Positions 37,948 to 46,523 of a stretch of 53,061 nucleotides of DNA are shown piece by piece. Position 1 is the first letter of the stretch; the number at the start of each line of letters is the position of its first letter. The notes under the pieces were generated by a model that was given only the letters and a program-made list of their open reading frames with translations, was not told where the DNA came from and searched no databases. Source of the stretch: Candidatus Woesebacteria bacterium (lineage in GTDB: Bacteria > Patescibacteriota > Microgenomatia > UBA1400 > UBA12028); the NCBI GenBank assembly GCA_018060955.1, contig JAGOVC010000002.1, forward strand, positions 1 through 53,061, given 5' to 3'. The position numbers were made by a program, and so were the translations under genes.

Positions 37948-40878
37948 ATGGCTTTTATATTTTCAAATGGATCAGAATATCGTAAATGGGATCTACATTT
38001 TCATACACCTTCTTCTTACGACTACAAAGACCAATCTACTACTAACCAACAAATCATAGATCAACTAACTGCAAATGAAATTCGAGTGGTTGCGATCACA
38101 GACCACAATACGATTGACTCATCTCGATTTAAAGAACTTCAAACGCTGGCAGGTGAGGCAATAACTTTCCTTCCCGGCATTGAACTATGTACTAGTTCTC
38201 GTGGCACTGACCCAATTCATATAATTGGAATTTTTCCCGAGAACAGCGATAGTGATTATGTCTGGAATCAGCTGAACGTGAAGCTTGGAATTTCAAGCAT
38301 GTTGCACGATGGTAAAAAAGAAAATGAAGTTTACTGTGATATTAAGGTTGCTTCTGAACTCATTAGATCTTTGGGTGGCTTGGTTACTATTCACGCTGGG
38401 CGAAAATCAAATTCGATTGAAGAAATCACCAATGCGTTGCCTGTAATGATGGCTGAGAAAAAGGACATAGCTGAGTGCGTAGATATTTTTGAGGTTGGAC
38501 AGGTCAAGGATGTTGAAGATTACACGGCCATTGTGTTTCCCAAAATTGGCAAGGAGTACCCATTAGTAATCTGCTCTGACAACCATGATTGTAAAACCTA
38601 TGAAGCCAAAGAAACACTTTGGATAAAAGCTGACCCCACTTTTGAAGGTTTGAAACAAATTACCTACGAACCATCACGTGCTTACGTTGGAAGTGAGCCT
38701 CCAATTCATGCGCGAGTAAGGCAAAACCCTACCAAATTTATTGAGAGTGTGAACGTCACTAAAGTTAGTAGCTATCAAGAGAATGATGGAGTTTGGTTCA
38801 AAGATGTCTCCATCTCCTTGAATTCTGAAATGGTGGCAATTATTGGTAATAAAGGAGGGGGCAAGAGTGCCATAGCCGACATCATAGGATACGTCGGGGG
38901 CGCAAAGACTGTTATTGAAACGGATGATGCTTCCTTCTTAAACGAGAAAAAGTTTAGAAAAAATGACCTCGCATGTAATTTCACTGCAACCCTCAAATGG
39001 GTAAGTGGTGACACCGATACTGAAAACCTTCAGTCACCCGAAAACCCACACACCACGGAAAAGGTGAAGTACTTACCGCAGCATTGGTTTGAAGAGCTGT
39101 GTAACGATCTCGATGGTAAGAAATTCAACGAAGAACTTGAAAAAGTCGTTTTCTCTCATCTTGATCACAGCGAAAAAATTGGCCACGATAGTTTTGCTGA
39201 GCTAATCAGAGAGAAAAGCCAAACTGCAAACCAAGAAATTGCTAAATTAAAGACACAACTCACTGACCTAAATACATTAATAGTTGAATTGTTAAAAAAA
39301 CTCCACCCTGACCATAAAAATGAACTTGAAGAAGCTATCAAACAAAAGCAACGCGAGCTTGATGCTCATAACAAGACACAGCCTGCTGAAGAACCAAAGC
39401 CTGCCGATGATAACCTCGCCACCCAAGCACTTGCTATACAAATTAACCAACTTAATACGAAGATTACTGTGCTAATAGCACAGCTACAAGAGTCTGTAGC
39501 CGCTCAAACGAGCATTAAACAAAAGCAACAAAAATTAAGTGACTTTGAAGCTGAACTAGTACATCTTCAACAAGAAGTAAAAGAACTTACAGAAACGTAC
39601 GACTTTACTGAAATAACGGGAGAGATTTTAGGCGATCCGCTTTTTCAATTCACTTACGACGAAGAAAAATTTAAAACCGCAAAAAGAAAGTTGGCAGACC
39701 AGCTAGCCATAGAGGAACAAAAACATTTTACCAATGAGGAAATAGGTCAGTTTCCCAACTTAACCCAACAACAGAAAGCTAATTACATTCAAAGAAGTAT
39801 CGTGGCGCAGCTAGAAATAGCGAACGGCGAACTGAAAGATGTTAAGAAACAACTCAGCAAACCACAGGAAAAATACCAACAGTATCTCGAAGATAAGAAA
39901 AAGTGGGAAACTGACAAGTTAAAGATTGAAGGTGCGACAACTGACCCAGCGGACGGAACACTTAACTACCTTAAAAACCAACTTGCAGCCTTAGGAAAAG
40001 TAGTTCTTGATCTACTTACCAAAAAAGAAAAGCAGCGAGTAGAACTGACACGACAAATTTTCGAGAAAAAACATCAGATCGTTATCATCTATGAATCTAT
40101 CAAACAACAAGTTGACGATGTGCTTCAGCAGGGAAAACAGAGTATTGATGGGTATAGTATTTCAGTTGATGCAGGATTCCAACTTAGCCCTTCGTTCGTA
40201 TCACATACAATAGGCCACATTAACTTACGTGCCAAAGGTTCCTACATGGAAACAGACAACGCGCGAGCTCAGATTAAAAAGCTGAGTGAGCAAAGTAACT
40301 TGCAAACCTTTGAAGAAGTGAAGACTATGGCACAGAAAATTCTAGATGACCTAGCCACAGATAACAGATCTGAGGTAGACCAAAACAACAGGCAAAGATA
40401 TTTACAAGACCAGGTTAAATCACCTGTAGAGTTTTTAGATTACTTGTTTGGCCTAGATTATTTAGCGCCTAATTACCAACTCAAGCTTGACCAAAAGAAC
40501 CTTAGCAGCTTATCCCCAGGGGAAAAAGGTGCTTTACTCTTAGTTTTCTATCTGATGTTAGACCAGGATGATATTCCTCTAGTCATAGATCAGCCTGAAG
40601 ACAATTTAGATAACGAAAGTGTTGCCAAAATACTCGTGCAGTTCATTAAGAGCGCGAAACACCGGCGGCAAATTATCATGGTCACCCACAATCCTAACTT
40701 AGCCGTGGTTGCAGATGCTGAGCAAGTAATCTACGTCAATATCGACAAAGCCGATGGAAACACCTTTAGTTTCATATCAGGATCAATTGAGAATGACGAA
40801 GTGAACAAAAAAATTGTTGATGTACTTGAAGGAACAATGCCCGCTTTTGATAAAAGGAGGCTACGTTACTTAAGGTAA
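37948..40878 (+). CDS. PHP-domain phosphoesterase fused to an SMC/Rad50-like ABC ATPase with a long coiled-coil insert (Ppl-like defence candidate)
   Basis: PHP motifs WDLHFHT (from 37996), VAITDHNT, TIHAGR, ICSDNHD. Walker A GNKGGGKS (38845-38868), about 400 aa of K/E/Q-rich coiled coil, signature LSPGEKG (40510-40530), Walker B LVIDQPED (40579-40602), H-loop MVTHNP. Confidence 0.85.
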   Translation: MAFIFSNGSEYRKWDLHFHTPSSYDYKDQSTTNQQIIDQLTANEIRVVAITDHNTIDSSRFKELQTLAGEAITFLPGIELCTSSRGTDPIHIIGIFPENSDSDYVWNQLNVKLGISSMLHDGKKENEVYCDIKVASELIRSLGGLVTIHAGRKSNSIEEITNALPVMMAEKKDIAECVDIFEVGQVKDVEDYTAIVFPKIGKEYPLVICSDNHDCKTYEAKETLWIKADPTFEGLKQITYEPSRAYVGSEPPIHARVRQNPTKFIESVNVTKVSSYQENDGVWFKDVSISLNSEMVAIIGNKGGGKSAIADIIGYVGGAKTVIETDDASFLNEKKFRKNDLACNFTATLKWVSGDTDTENLQSPENPHTTEKVKYLPQHWFEELCNDLDGKKFNEELEKVVFSHLDHSEKIGHDSFAELIREKSQTANQEIAKLKTQLTDLNTLIVELLKKLHPDHKNELEEAIKQKQRELDAHNKTQPAEEPKPADDNLATQALAIQINQLNTKITVLIAQLQESVAAQTSIKQKQQKLSDFEAELVHLQQEVKELTETYDFTEITGEILGDPLFQFTYDEEKFKTAKRKLADQLAIEEQKHFTNEEIGQFPNLTQQQKANYIQRSIVAQLEIANGELKDVKKQLSKPQEKYQQYLEDKKKWETDKLKIEGATTDPADGTLNYLKNQLAALGKVVLDLLTKKEKQRVELTRQIFEKKHQIVIIYESIKQQVDDVLQQGKQSIDGYSISVDAGFQLSPSFVSHTIGHINLRAKGSYMETDNARAQIKKLSEQSNLQTFEEVKTMAQKILDDLATDNRSEVDQNNRQRYLQDQVKSPVEFLDYLFGLDYLAPNYQLKLDQKNLSSLSPGEKGALLLVFYLMLDQDDIPLVIDQPEDNLDNESVAKILVQFIKSAKHRRQIIMVTHNPNLAVVADAEQVIYVNIDKADGNTFSFISGSIENDEVNKKIVDVLEGTMPAFDKRRLRYLR

Positions 40879-40937
40879 CCTTGTATTAACTATTGATAGG
40901 GCAAACCTAACAAAATTCTTCACATAATATTCGATGA

Positions 40938-40954
40938 AGTCCCACACGGGGAGC
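40938..40954 (+). repeat. left copy of a 17-nt direct repeat AGTCCCACACGGGGAGC
   Basis: Read directly. 16/17 identical to 43735-43751, and both copies contain a small TCCC/GGGA hairpin. Confidence 0.8.
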
Positions 40955-41042
40955 TCTGAAGACTCGAGTTTATTCTTCCCCAAGTCGATTGGTTATACCG
41001 ACTTACTTGTCCAACACTTCCATATCCGAATTCGCTCAAAAA

Positions 41043-41070
41043 TTGACGTAATGTAATTTCATAGTAAAAT
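41043..41070 (+). promoter_or_regulatory. candidate promoter of the T-box leader
   Basis: TTGACG (41043-41048), 16 nt, TAAAAT (41065-41070). Confidence 0.5.
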
Positions 41071-41093
41071 GTTATATACAAGTTAATATTAAA

Positions 41094-41436
41094 GCGTCGA
41101 CGGAAGACCAAGTAAGTCCTTAGGTGGTAACCAGAGATTCAGCGGTTGGTGAAAGCTGAACAAGCCTGAGAGAAACCGAAATACCTTCCCGAGCAGTCCA
41201 AACCAATTCTTGATTTCAAGATAGTAGCGCGGAATGGGTGTGCCCATAATAGCACTAGAGCATGTCACAAATGACACAGAGTGCTCGAACAACAAGGATA
41301 GTCTTGGTTTGTTTCGAGTCTCCCATGTAGGAGACTTTTTTGTAGGCCAAAGCTATTGAAGCACGGTGGTACCGCGTATTCCTTTTGATGAAGACGCCCG
41401 TGTATTTACTTAAACGAGTAAGTACGCGGGTTTTTT
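41094..41436 (+). promoter_or_regulatory. T-box riboswitch leader (transcription attenuation type)
   Basis: K-turn, S-turn AGUA/GAA, AG bulge AGAGA 41133-41137, distal loop GGUUGGUGAAA, Stem III-like hairpin 41316-41337, T-box sequence GGUGGUACCGCG 41365-41376. A 15-bp terminator at 41397-41430 is followed by U6, and a competing antiterminator pairing exists (41362-41365 with 41399-41402). Confidence 0.75.
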
Positions 41437-41455
41437 AGTACTTAAAAGGAGGTAT

Positions 41456-42523
41456 ATGCAACCACATGAACTAGGACGACACTTAATACGTCCCGAGCAA
41501 AGACAATTAGTGACACAAAACATCATTGATCATTGGGTAGGCCAATTAGCTCAATTACGTATCAGCGATATTCGTGAATCGATTATTAATAAACAACGGT
41601 TCATAGATTTGCTCGTGAAATCAGTACAAACACAAACGCCATTGTCATTTATTGCATTGGGTTGCCAAGACTGGGTAAAACCAGAATGGGGTGATCCACA
41701 TGTAGATCGCATAATGGGGAGGATTAATAGTAGTAACAAGCGAGCTCGACGATTCACTACTGAAGTAGCTAGTTTCAGCAGTGCACTAATCTCTCTAGGA
41801 GTTCCTCATCAAATCCACTTTACTTTATCTGATATTGAAGCATTGATTCATATTCGTCTACAGAATATGGGTCTAACAATTCACAACTCAGACGCACAAG
41901 AAGTTTTAGAAAAGAATGTCAGATTTTTAACTGAAGAATTGCAAAAACTTGGAGCTCAGGTTGTGCAGTTTACGCATAGTACTGTATTGGAAGACCTTTT
42001 TGGCACAACTAATCTGGCGGAATTACAGCAACGAATTACTGGACATCATACTGTAAAGTACAGGACATTCTTAGACAACCTATACAAAGTTGATTTAACT
42101 CAAACAGCTATTCATGTTGCTGGTGAAAACACACTAGGACCGGTTTGGTTGGATATTCAATCGTTAAATTTTACTGATGATGTTATCTCATTGGCTCAAG
42201 CTGCTCAAGAAGTTGCTCCAGATATGCCAATACTAACAATTTTCCCAAATGCCGGGAGTTGGCATGCAGGGCAACAAGCTTCAATAACTTTTCCTAAGCG
42301 TGAAGATGTTGTGGCTCAAATGTTGGGACATACAAGGACACCAGCATCGCAAAAGGAATGGAAAGATAAGGTTCATAAAACAAATGATGAAAAGCTTATT
42401 CAACTTTTACAAAAATTTGGTCAAGAAATCTCTGTTATTGATTCAGGAATGGAAAAGACATTGGCAGTTCGAGCATTTTTCCAATTGGTATTCGAGTTCG
42501 ATCCATTTGATCAATCATTATGA
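41456..42523 (+). CDS. hypothetical protein, first gene of the T-box-controlled operon
   Basis: 355-aa ORF with strong SD AAGGAGG (41446-41452). No family motif recognised by eye. Confidence 0.7.
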   Translation: MQPHELGRHLIRPEQRQLVTQNIIDHWVGQLAQLRISDIRESIINKQRFIDLLVKSVQTQTPLSFIALGCQDWVKPEWGDPHVDRIMGRINSSNKRARRFTTEVASFSSALISLGVPHQIHFTLSDIEALIHIRLQNMGLTIHNSDAQEVLEKNVRFLTEELQKLGAQVVQFTHSTVLEDLFGTTNLAELQQRITGHHTVKYRTFLDNLYKVDLTQTAIHVAGENTLGPVWLDIQSLNFTDDVISLAQAAQEVAPDMPILTIFPNAGSWHAGQQASITFPKREDVVAQMLGHTRTPASQKEWKDKVHKTNDEKLIQLLQKFGQEISVIDSGMEKTLAVRAFFQLVFEFDPFDQSL

Positions 42524-42534
42524 GAGGGAAATAT

Positions 42535-43632
42535 ATGAATACAAGTTCTATAGCTCAAGAGATTGCACTACAACTAATTGCTATTGATACCTCCAAGCAA
42601 AATGGAATCCACTCTGCAATGAATTGGATTGAAACATGGTGCAAAGCTCAAGGACTTCTAATAAAAAGAATCCCTCATACAAAAGCAATCCTAATAGAGA
42701 CACATCCTGAAGCCCAAAAGCATGTGAATTTTGTTACGCACATCGATGTAGTTCCGGCAGATGGATGGAATGAAGCATTTACTCCTCTGGTCAAAAACAA
42801 CTGTCTAATTGGTAGAGGCGCAGTTGATGACAAAGGACCATTGGCTATTTGCCTAGAGGTATTGGTAAAAGCACAACAACATTCGCACATAAATGTCTCT
42901 TGCTTGATTGTGACTGACGAAGAAACTCAAAATACAGAAATTCAAGAGATTACAAAAGCAAATACATTCCATCCTGATCTATGTATTGTTGTCGATGGAG
43001 GAACACATAAAGTCTTTGATATTGGCCAAAAAGGCATCATTCGTTTTGATGTTTCAATTCAAACGCCTGGAGGTCACAGTGCATTTGAAGAGGTAGAGAA
43101 GAGTGCAAGTATCCAGCTACTGCAATTCATCTCAGATTTAGAAAAACTTGCAATAACTTTTCCTCATCACGTTGCATTCTCAAAAACATTTATCAATGTG
43201 AGTAAAATTTCTGCAGCAACTGTTCCGTATGGTTTGCCCACTCTAGCCATAGCACATATTGAATTACAATTCGCCCCTCCGCAAACAAGTGAAGAATGGA
43301 GAAATCAAATCAATCAACTTTTGGGAAAATTTAATGAATACGAATTAAACATTCATTGGATTAGCGAACCGCACATGCTAGAAAATCAAAAATTCTTAAA
43401 CCTCCTTCATTCGTTACCGAATGTTCGGTGTGTTACCACTGGAGGTAACAATCTTGCTAAAGATCTTTGTTTGGCTGGTGTTCCAGCAGTAAGCCATTGT
43501 CCCGTTAGTGAATACATTGCCCATTGTAAAGAAGAAAAAATAAACCTAATAGATTTCAAAAAAGGTGTACACTCATACCTAAAAATAATTGAACTATTTT
43601 GCGAAAATTATGATGATTTGACAAAGAAATAG
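42535..43632 (+). CDS. M20-family metallo-amidohydrolase (ArgE/DapE/acylase-like)
   Basis: THIDVVPA, GRGAVDDKGPLA, IVTDEE. The start is ATG 42535 with GAGAGGG 6 nt upstream; ATG 42520 overlaps the upstream stop (ATGA) and is an alternative. Confidence 0.85.
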   Translation: MNTSSIAQEIALQLIAIDTSKQNGIHSAMNWIETWCKAQGLLIKRIPHTKAILIETHPEAQKHVNFVTHIDVVPADGWNEAFTPLVKNNCLIGRGAVDDKGPLAICLEVLVKAQQHSHINVSCLIVTDEETQNTEIQEITKANTFHPDLCIVVDGGTHKVFDIGQKGIIRFDVSIQTPGGHSAFEEVEKSASIQLLQFISDLEKLAITFPHHVAFSKTFINVSKISAATVPYGLPTLAIAHIELQFAPPQTSEEWRNQINQLLGKFNEYELNIHWISEPHMLENQKFLNLLHSLPNVRCVTTGGNNLAKDLCLAGVPAVSHCPVSEYIAHCKEEKINLIDFKKGVHSYLKIIELFCENYDDLTKK

Positions 43633-43734
43633 GAAAAAGCTGAAGTACTTCTAATCACTTAGAGAGATATAATTTATGCCACAATAATTCTTTTTTGAGA
43701 ACTTGGAAAAATCAAGCTGTTATCTTTCGGATTG

Positions 43735-43751
43735 AGTCCCACACTGGGAGC
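43735..43751 (+). repeat. right copy of the 17-nt direct repeat AGTCCCACACTGGGAGC
   Basis: Read directly. It lies 103 nt after the M20 stop codon. Confidence 0.8.
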
Positions 43752-43801
43752 AAAACTTTTTAGCTTCAATCTTGGAGCACCCTAGGTGGGACATCGAACC
43801 A

Positions 43802-44011
43802 TTACTGATTATTATGCTCTACTTTTAGAAGTATGTTTGGTTTGACGCCAGCGACGGCTGGTAGCAGGTGATTGAGTACCTGTTCGGCTGTCATTCTGAA
43901 TTCTTTACCTTTTGCTGATATCTTTACCCAACCTATTTCATCTTTGTAGTATTTTTCTGTGAAGTTTTTAGTTCCCATCCAAATCACATAACTATCATTT
44001 TTTAAATTCAT
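43802..44011 (-). CDS. hypothetical small protein
   Basis: 69-aa ORF. On the minus strand TGT-TAAAAT (44018-44023) sits 6 nt upstream of the ATG, a leaderless-type arrangement. Confidence 0.5.
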   Translation of the reverse strand: MNLKNDSYVIWMGTKNFTEKYYKDEIGWVKISAKGKEFRMTAEQVLNHLLPAVAGVKPNILLKVEHNNQ

Positions 44012-44101
44012 ACTGAAATTTTAACATAATGAGTTCTGAACGATTTCACTAGGAGGAACCAGACATTAGACGATTGAAACTTTTTAGATATAATAAAACA
44101 C

Positions 44102-44380
44102 ATGTCATTTCAAGCATATTTAGATAACATTGAGGAAATGACAGGAAAAACTCCACAAGAGCTTATTGATCGAGCAAAATCTAAAGGTTTCGACAAAAAC
44201 ACAAAGGCTGGGGAAATTCTTGCTTGGTTAAAAGATGAATATAAGTTAGGACGAGGACATGGAATGGCATTAGTTCATGTTATTAAGAATGGACCGATTA
44301 TAGGTGAAAAAAATGTAAATAGTGGTGGGGTTCATAGTGACGAATCCAATACTCTCATCCTGACTGGAAAGAAAAAGTAG
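44102..44380 (+). CDS. DUF4287-domain protein
   Basis: MSFQAYLDNIEEMTGKTPQELIDRAKSKGF...EILAWLKDEYKLGRGHGMALVHVI. TATAAT (44089-44094) lies 7 nt upstream of the ATG. Confidence 0.7.
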   Translation: MSFQAYLDNIEEMTGKTPQELIDRAKSKGFDKNTKAGEILAWLKDEYKLGRGHGMALVHVIKNGPIIGEKNVNSGGVHSDESNTLILTGKKK

Positions 44381-44580
44381 AATCATCAACTTCTTTGAAG
44401 TAGGTTTTAAAAGAGTCCTTCATCTGGAACAGGAATAACTTGAACTAATCTTTTAGTTCTATAGATACATTCAATTCTCTAGTTCCTGTCGGATCTTGAA
44501 TTCATAGAAAAATGTCGCATGGAATGTTGCCATCAAAAAAAAGCTGTTTGGAAGTAAATCTGGATTTTAGGGAATCGTCG

Positions 44581-44853
44581 TTATTTGCCAGTAGACTGAG
44601 CTTCAGCTTCTTTTTCCATTTTTAATAAACGAGTGTAATAATCGGGAAGCTCATTGAGATGGGCGAGTGCAATTTTACCCGTTATTAACAAATCATCATT
44701 CGTAACATTAGTGTGCGGAGAAGCGGTTCCATGCTCTAATTCTACTTCCATACCCATTTTATATTGATCCACGTCAAACTTATCCCAGGTAATACCTAAT
44801 TGGTCTCCTATCTGCTTCGCTTCTTCAAAAGAAATTTGTTTTTTTGCTGTCAT
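44581..44853 (-). CDS. DUF5661-like protein
   Basis: EEAKQIGDQLGITWDKFDVDQYKMGMEVELEHGT...NVTNDDLLITGKIALAHLNELPDYYTRL. TATACT (44860-44865, minus strand) lies 6 nt upstream of the ATG. Confidence 0.6.
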   Translation of the reverse strand: MTAKKQISFEEAKQIGDQLGITWDKFDVDQYKMGMEVELEHGTASPHTNVTNDDLLITGKIALAHLNELPDYYTRLLKMEKEAEAQSTGK

Positions 44854-45032
44854 ATTGAAAGTATACTCTTATCCCTCTAGTCGTACTGAACTCAATTTCC
44901 ATTTTGATTTTTAGCTACTGAGACTTCAACTTTTTGTTCCTGAATATGTTTACAATTGCTGGCACACCTTTCACATAGATGTGACTTTAAATAGTCCCTC
45001 AAAATACTAGAGCAGTTTGTTATACTTCAAAA

Positions 45033-45416
45033 ATGCCTGAAGCTTACACTCGTAGAGAGATTATTTTTCACAACAAAATTGGTCTAGATGAATTTTTAAG
45101 ACTCGCAGCAAATTTATTAGAAGGCAGAAAGATTGGTAGTGTTGAGATTAGACTTTGGGGAGAGATCCCTAATATTAGAGATAATCCCATTGACTATCTC
45201 CGTTTCCGTTTAGGTACAGTTATTCCCTTAATAGATTTTCAAGCGGAAGGTATTGGGGTAGAAGCTTGGTCTCCAGTTAATGATCAGAGCACCGTTGATG
45301 ATTTCTTTGATTTCTTCGTTAGAAGGCTTAGAGACGACGGGCCGAAAACATCAGAAGGGACTGCAGTCTCTGCATATAGACAAAGAGTTAAAGAGTGGTC
45401 AGAGAATCAGAATTAA
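45033..45416 (+). CDS. hypothetical protein
   Basis: 127-aa ORF. TGT-TATACT (45021-45026) lies 6 nt upstream of the ATG. Confidence 0.5.
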   Translation: MPEAYTRREIIFHNKIGLDEFLRLAANLLEGRKIGSVEIRLWGEIPNIRDNPIDYLRFRLGTVIPLIDFQAEGIGVEAWSPVNDQSTVDDFFDFFVRRLRDDGPKTSEGTAVSAYRQRVKEWSENQN

Positions 45417-45617
45417 GTTGTCGAAAAATCGACCTATTTCGCCCCGATTATACTGTGAAGCAATGACATGATCGAGATTTCGGATAAGTTCATGAACAGG
45501 GAGCCCATTAGTACCTGCTCGAACTTTTGCTATAATTATAGTTCTGAGATCAAACACATTTCGAGTTACCACACTGGCACTTCTTTCTCTTCTTTCGATA
45601 GCATTTATTGAAGGCAT
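45399..45617 (-). CDS. hypothetical small protein
   Basis: 72-aa ORF, convergent with the previous gene and overlapping it by 18 nt. No motif recognised. Confidence 0.35.
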   Translation of the reverse strand: MPSINAIERRERSASVVTRNVFDLRTIIIAKVRAGTNGLPVHELIRNLDHVIASQYNRGEIGRFFDNLILIL

Positions 45618-45648
45618 TCTAGAGTTTATTTCTAGTAAACCTGCTCCT

Positions 45649-46005
45649 ATGTTTGTAGTAGGCTTATGTGATTTTTCAACCCATCATCTTTGTTTAGCTC
45701 TAGGTATCTATCATTTTTTACTTGAAGGATTACCCACTCTTTTATTATTAATTGCGTTTTGGTCATTACTACTTCGAAAACTCAAAGTTCCACACCCATT
45801 TTTTATTGTATTGAGTGGGTTTTTTCTATGGATCTTACTCTTTTGGAAGTTGCCTATTGGGCAGATTTATATAGCTGTGGGAACATCTAACCTACTTTAT
45901 TACGTCACGTCAGTGACTATTCATGTCTTATTGCCGTATTCTTTGGCATACTTTGTTGCTCTATTACTCTTTAAACGAGAATGGACGAAGCTAAATGAAT
46001 CCTAA
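45649..46005 (+). CDS. hypothetical membrane protein
   Basis: 118-aa ORF with three to four hydrophobic helices. Confidence 0.5.
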   Translation: MFVVGLCDFSTHHLCLALGIYHFLLEGLPTLLLLIAFWSLLLRKLKVPHPFFIVLSGFFLWILLFWKLPIGQIYIAVGTSNLLYYVTSVTIHVLLPYSLAYFVALLLFKREWTKLNES

Positions 46006-46152
46006 ACGGAAAGGACAGAGTTTCTCAGAGGTGACAACCTTTAGTGTTGTTATCATATTTGAACCTCTTTTACCTTTAGGGTGTCTCACATCCATAAATC
46101 AGGGTATAATGCACATAGAAGTATAGGTGCAATTAGTTGAAAGGAAATAAAT

Positions 46153-46344
46153 ATGATTACAGGATATTGTGTTAAATGTAAAGAAAAAGGTGTTGAACTA
46201 TCAGGTGCAGAGATTCACCAGACCCAAAAAGGTGGATTCATGGCAAAAGGGAAGCATGATAAGTGCGGAACAACTGTTTGTGCCATGATGTCAAAAGACA
46301 ATGCAGAAAAAGCAGTAGAAAATGGTGCGACAAAAGCGTACTAA
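46153..46344 (+). CDS. DUF5679-like zinc-ribbon protein
   Basis: CVKCKEK...KCGTTVC cysteine pairs. SD GAAAGGA is present. Confidence 0.55.
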   Translation: MITGYCVKCKEKGVELSGAEIHQTQKGGFMAKGKHDKCGTTVCAMMSKDNAEKAVENGATKAY

Positions 46345-46523
46345 ATGTCTACCTAACTTGATGTAGTTGGATCCTTTTTACCAAAGAATTCATATCTTCA
46401 AAGATCAGGAACCAATAAGCTCTTGGATTAACTTTCGGGAAGATAGTCCATGGTTTCCTCGACTCAAGAGTGCTTTATTCTATTCTGATATACTGAAATT
46501 TAGTAATTTCATTGAAAGGGTAT

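Noticed and set aside
40920-41295. Two minus-strand ORFs (63 aa and 68 aa) between the PHP-ATPase and the orphan gene
   Set aside because: They are antisense to the T-box leader, have no start context and have odd composition. The region is better explained as structured RNA.
41316-41341. Hairpin plus T-run that could be the terminator of an independent small RNA
   Set aside because: Its position about 25 nt upstream of the T-box sequence fits Stem III of the same leader. I cannot exclude partial termination there.
43781-43800. GGTGGGACATCGAACC, a tRNA T-arm-like fragment that might be an att site
   Set aside because: It does not fold into a T arm on either strand and does not match the 3' half of tRNA-Asn or of either Ser tRNA.
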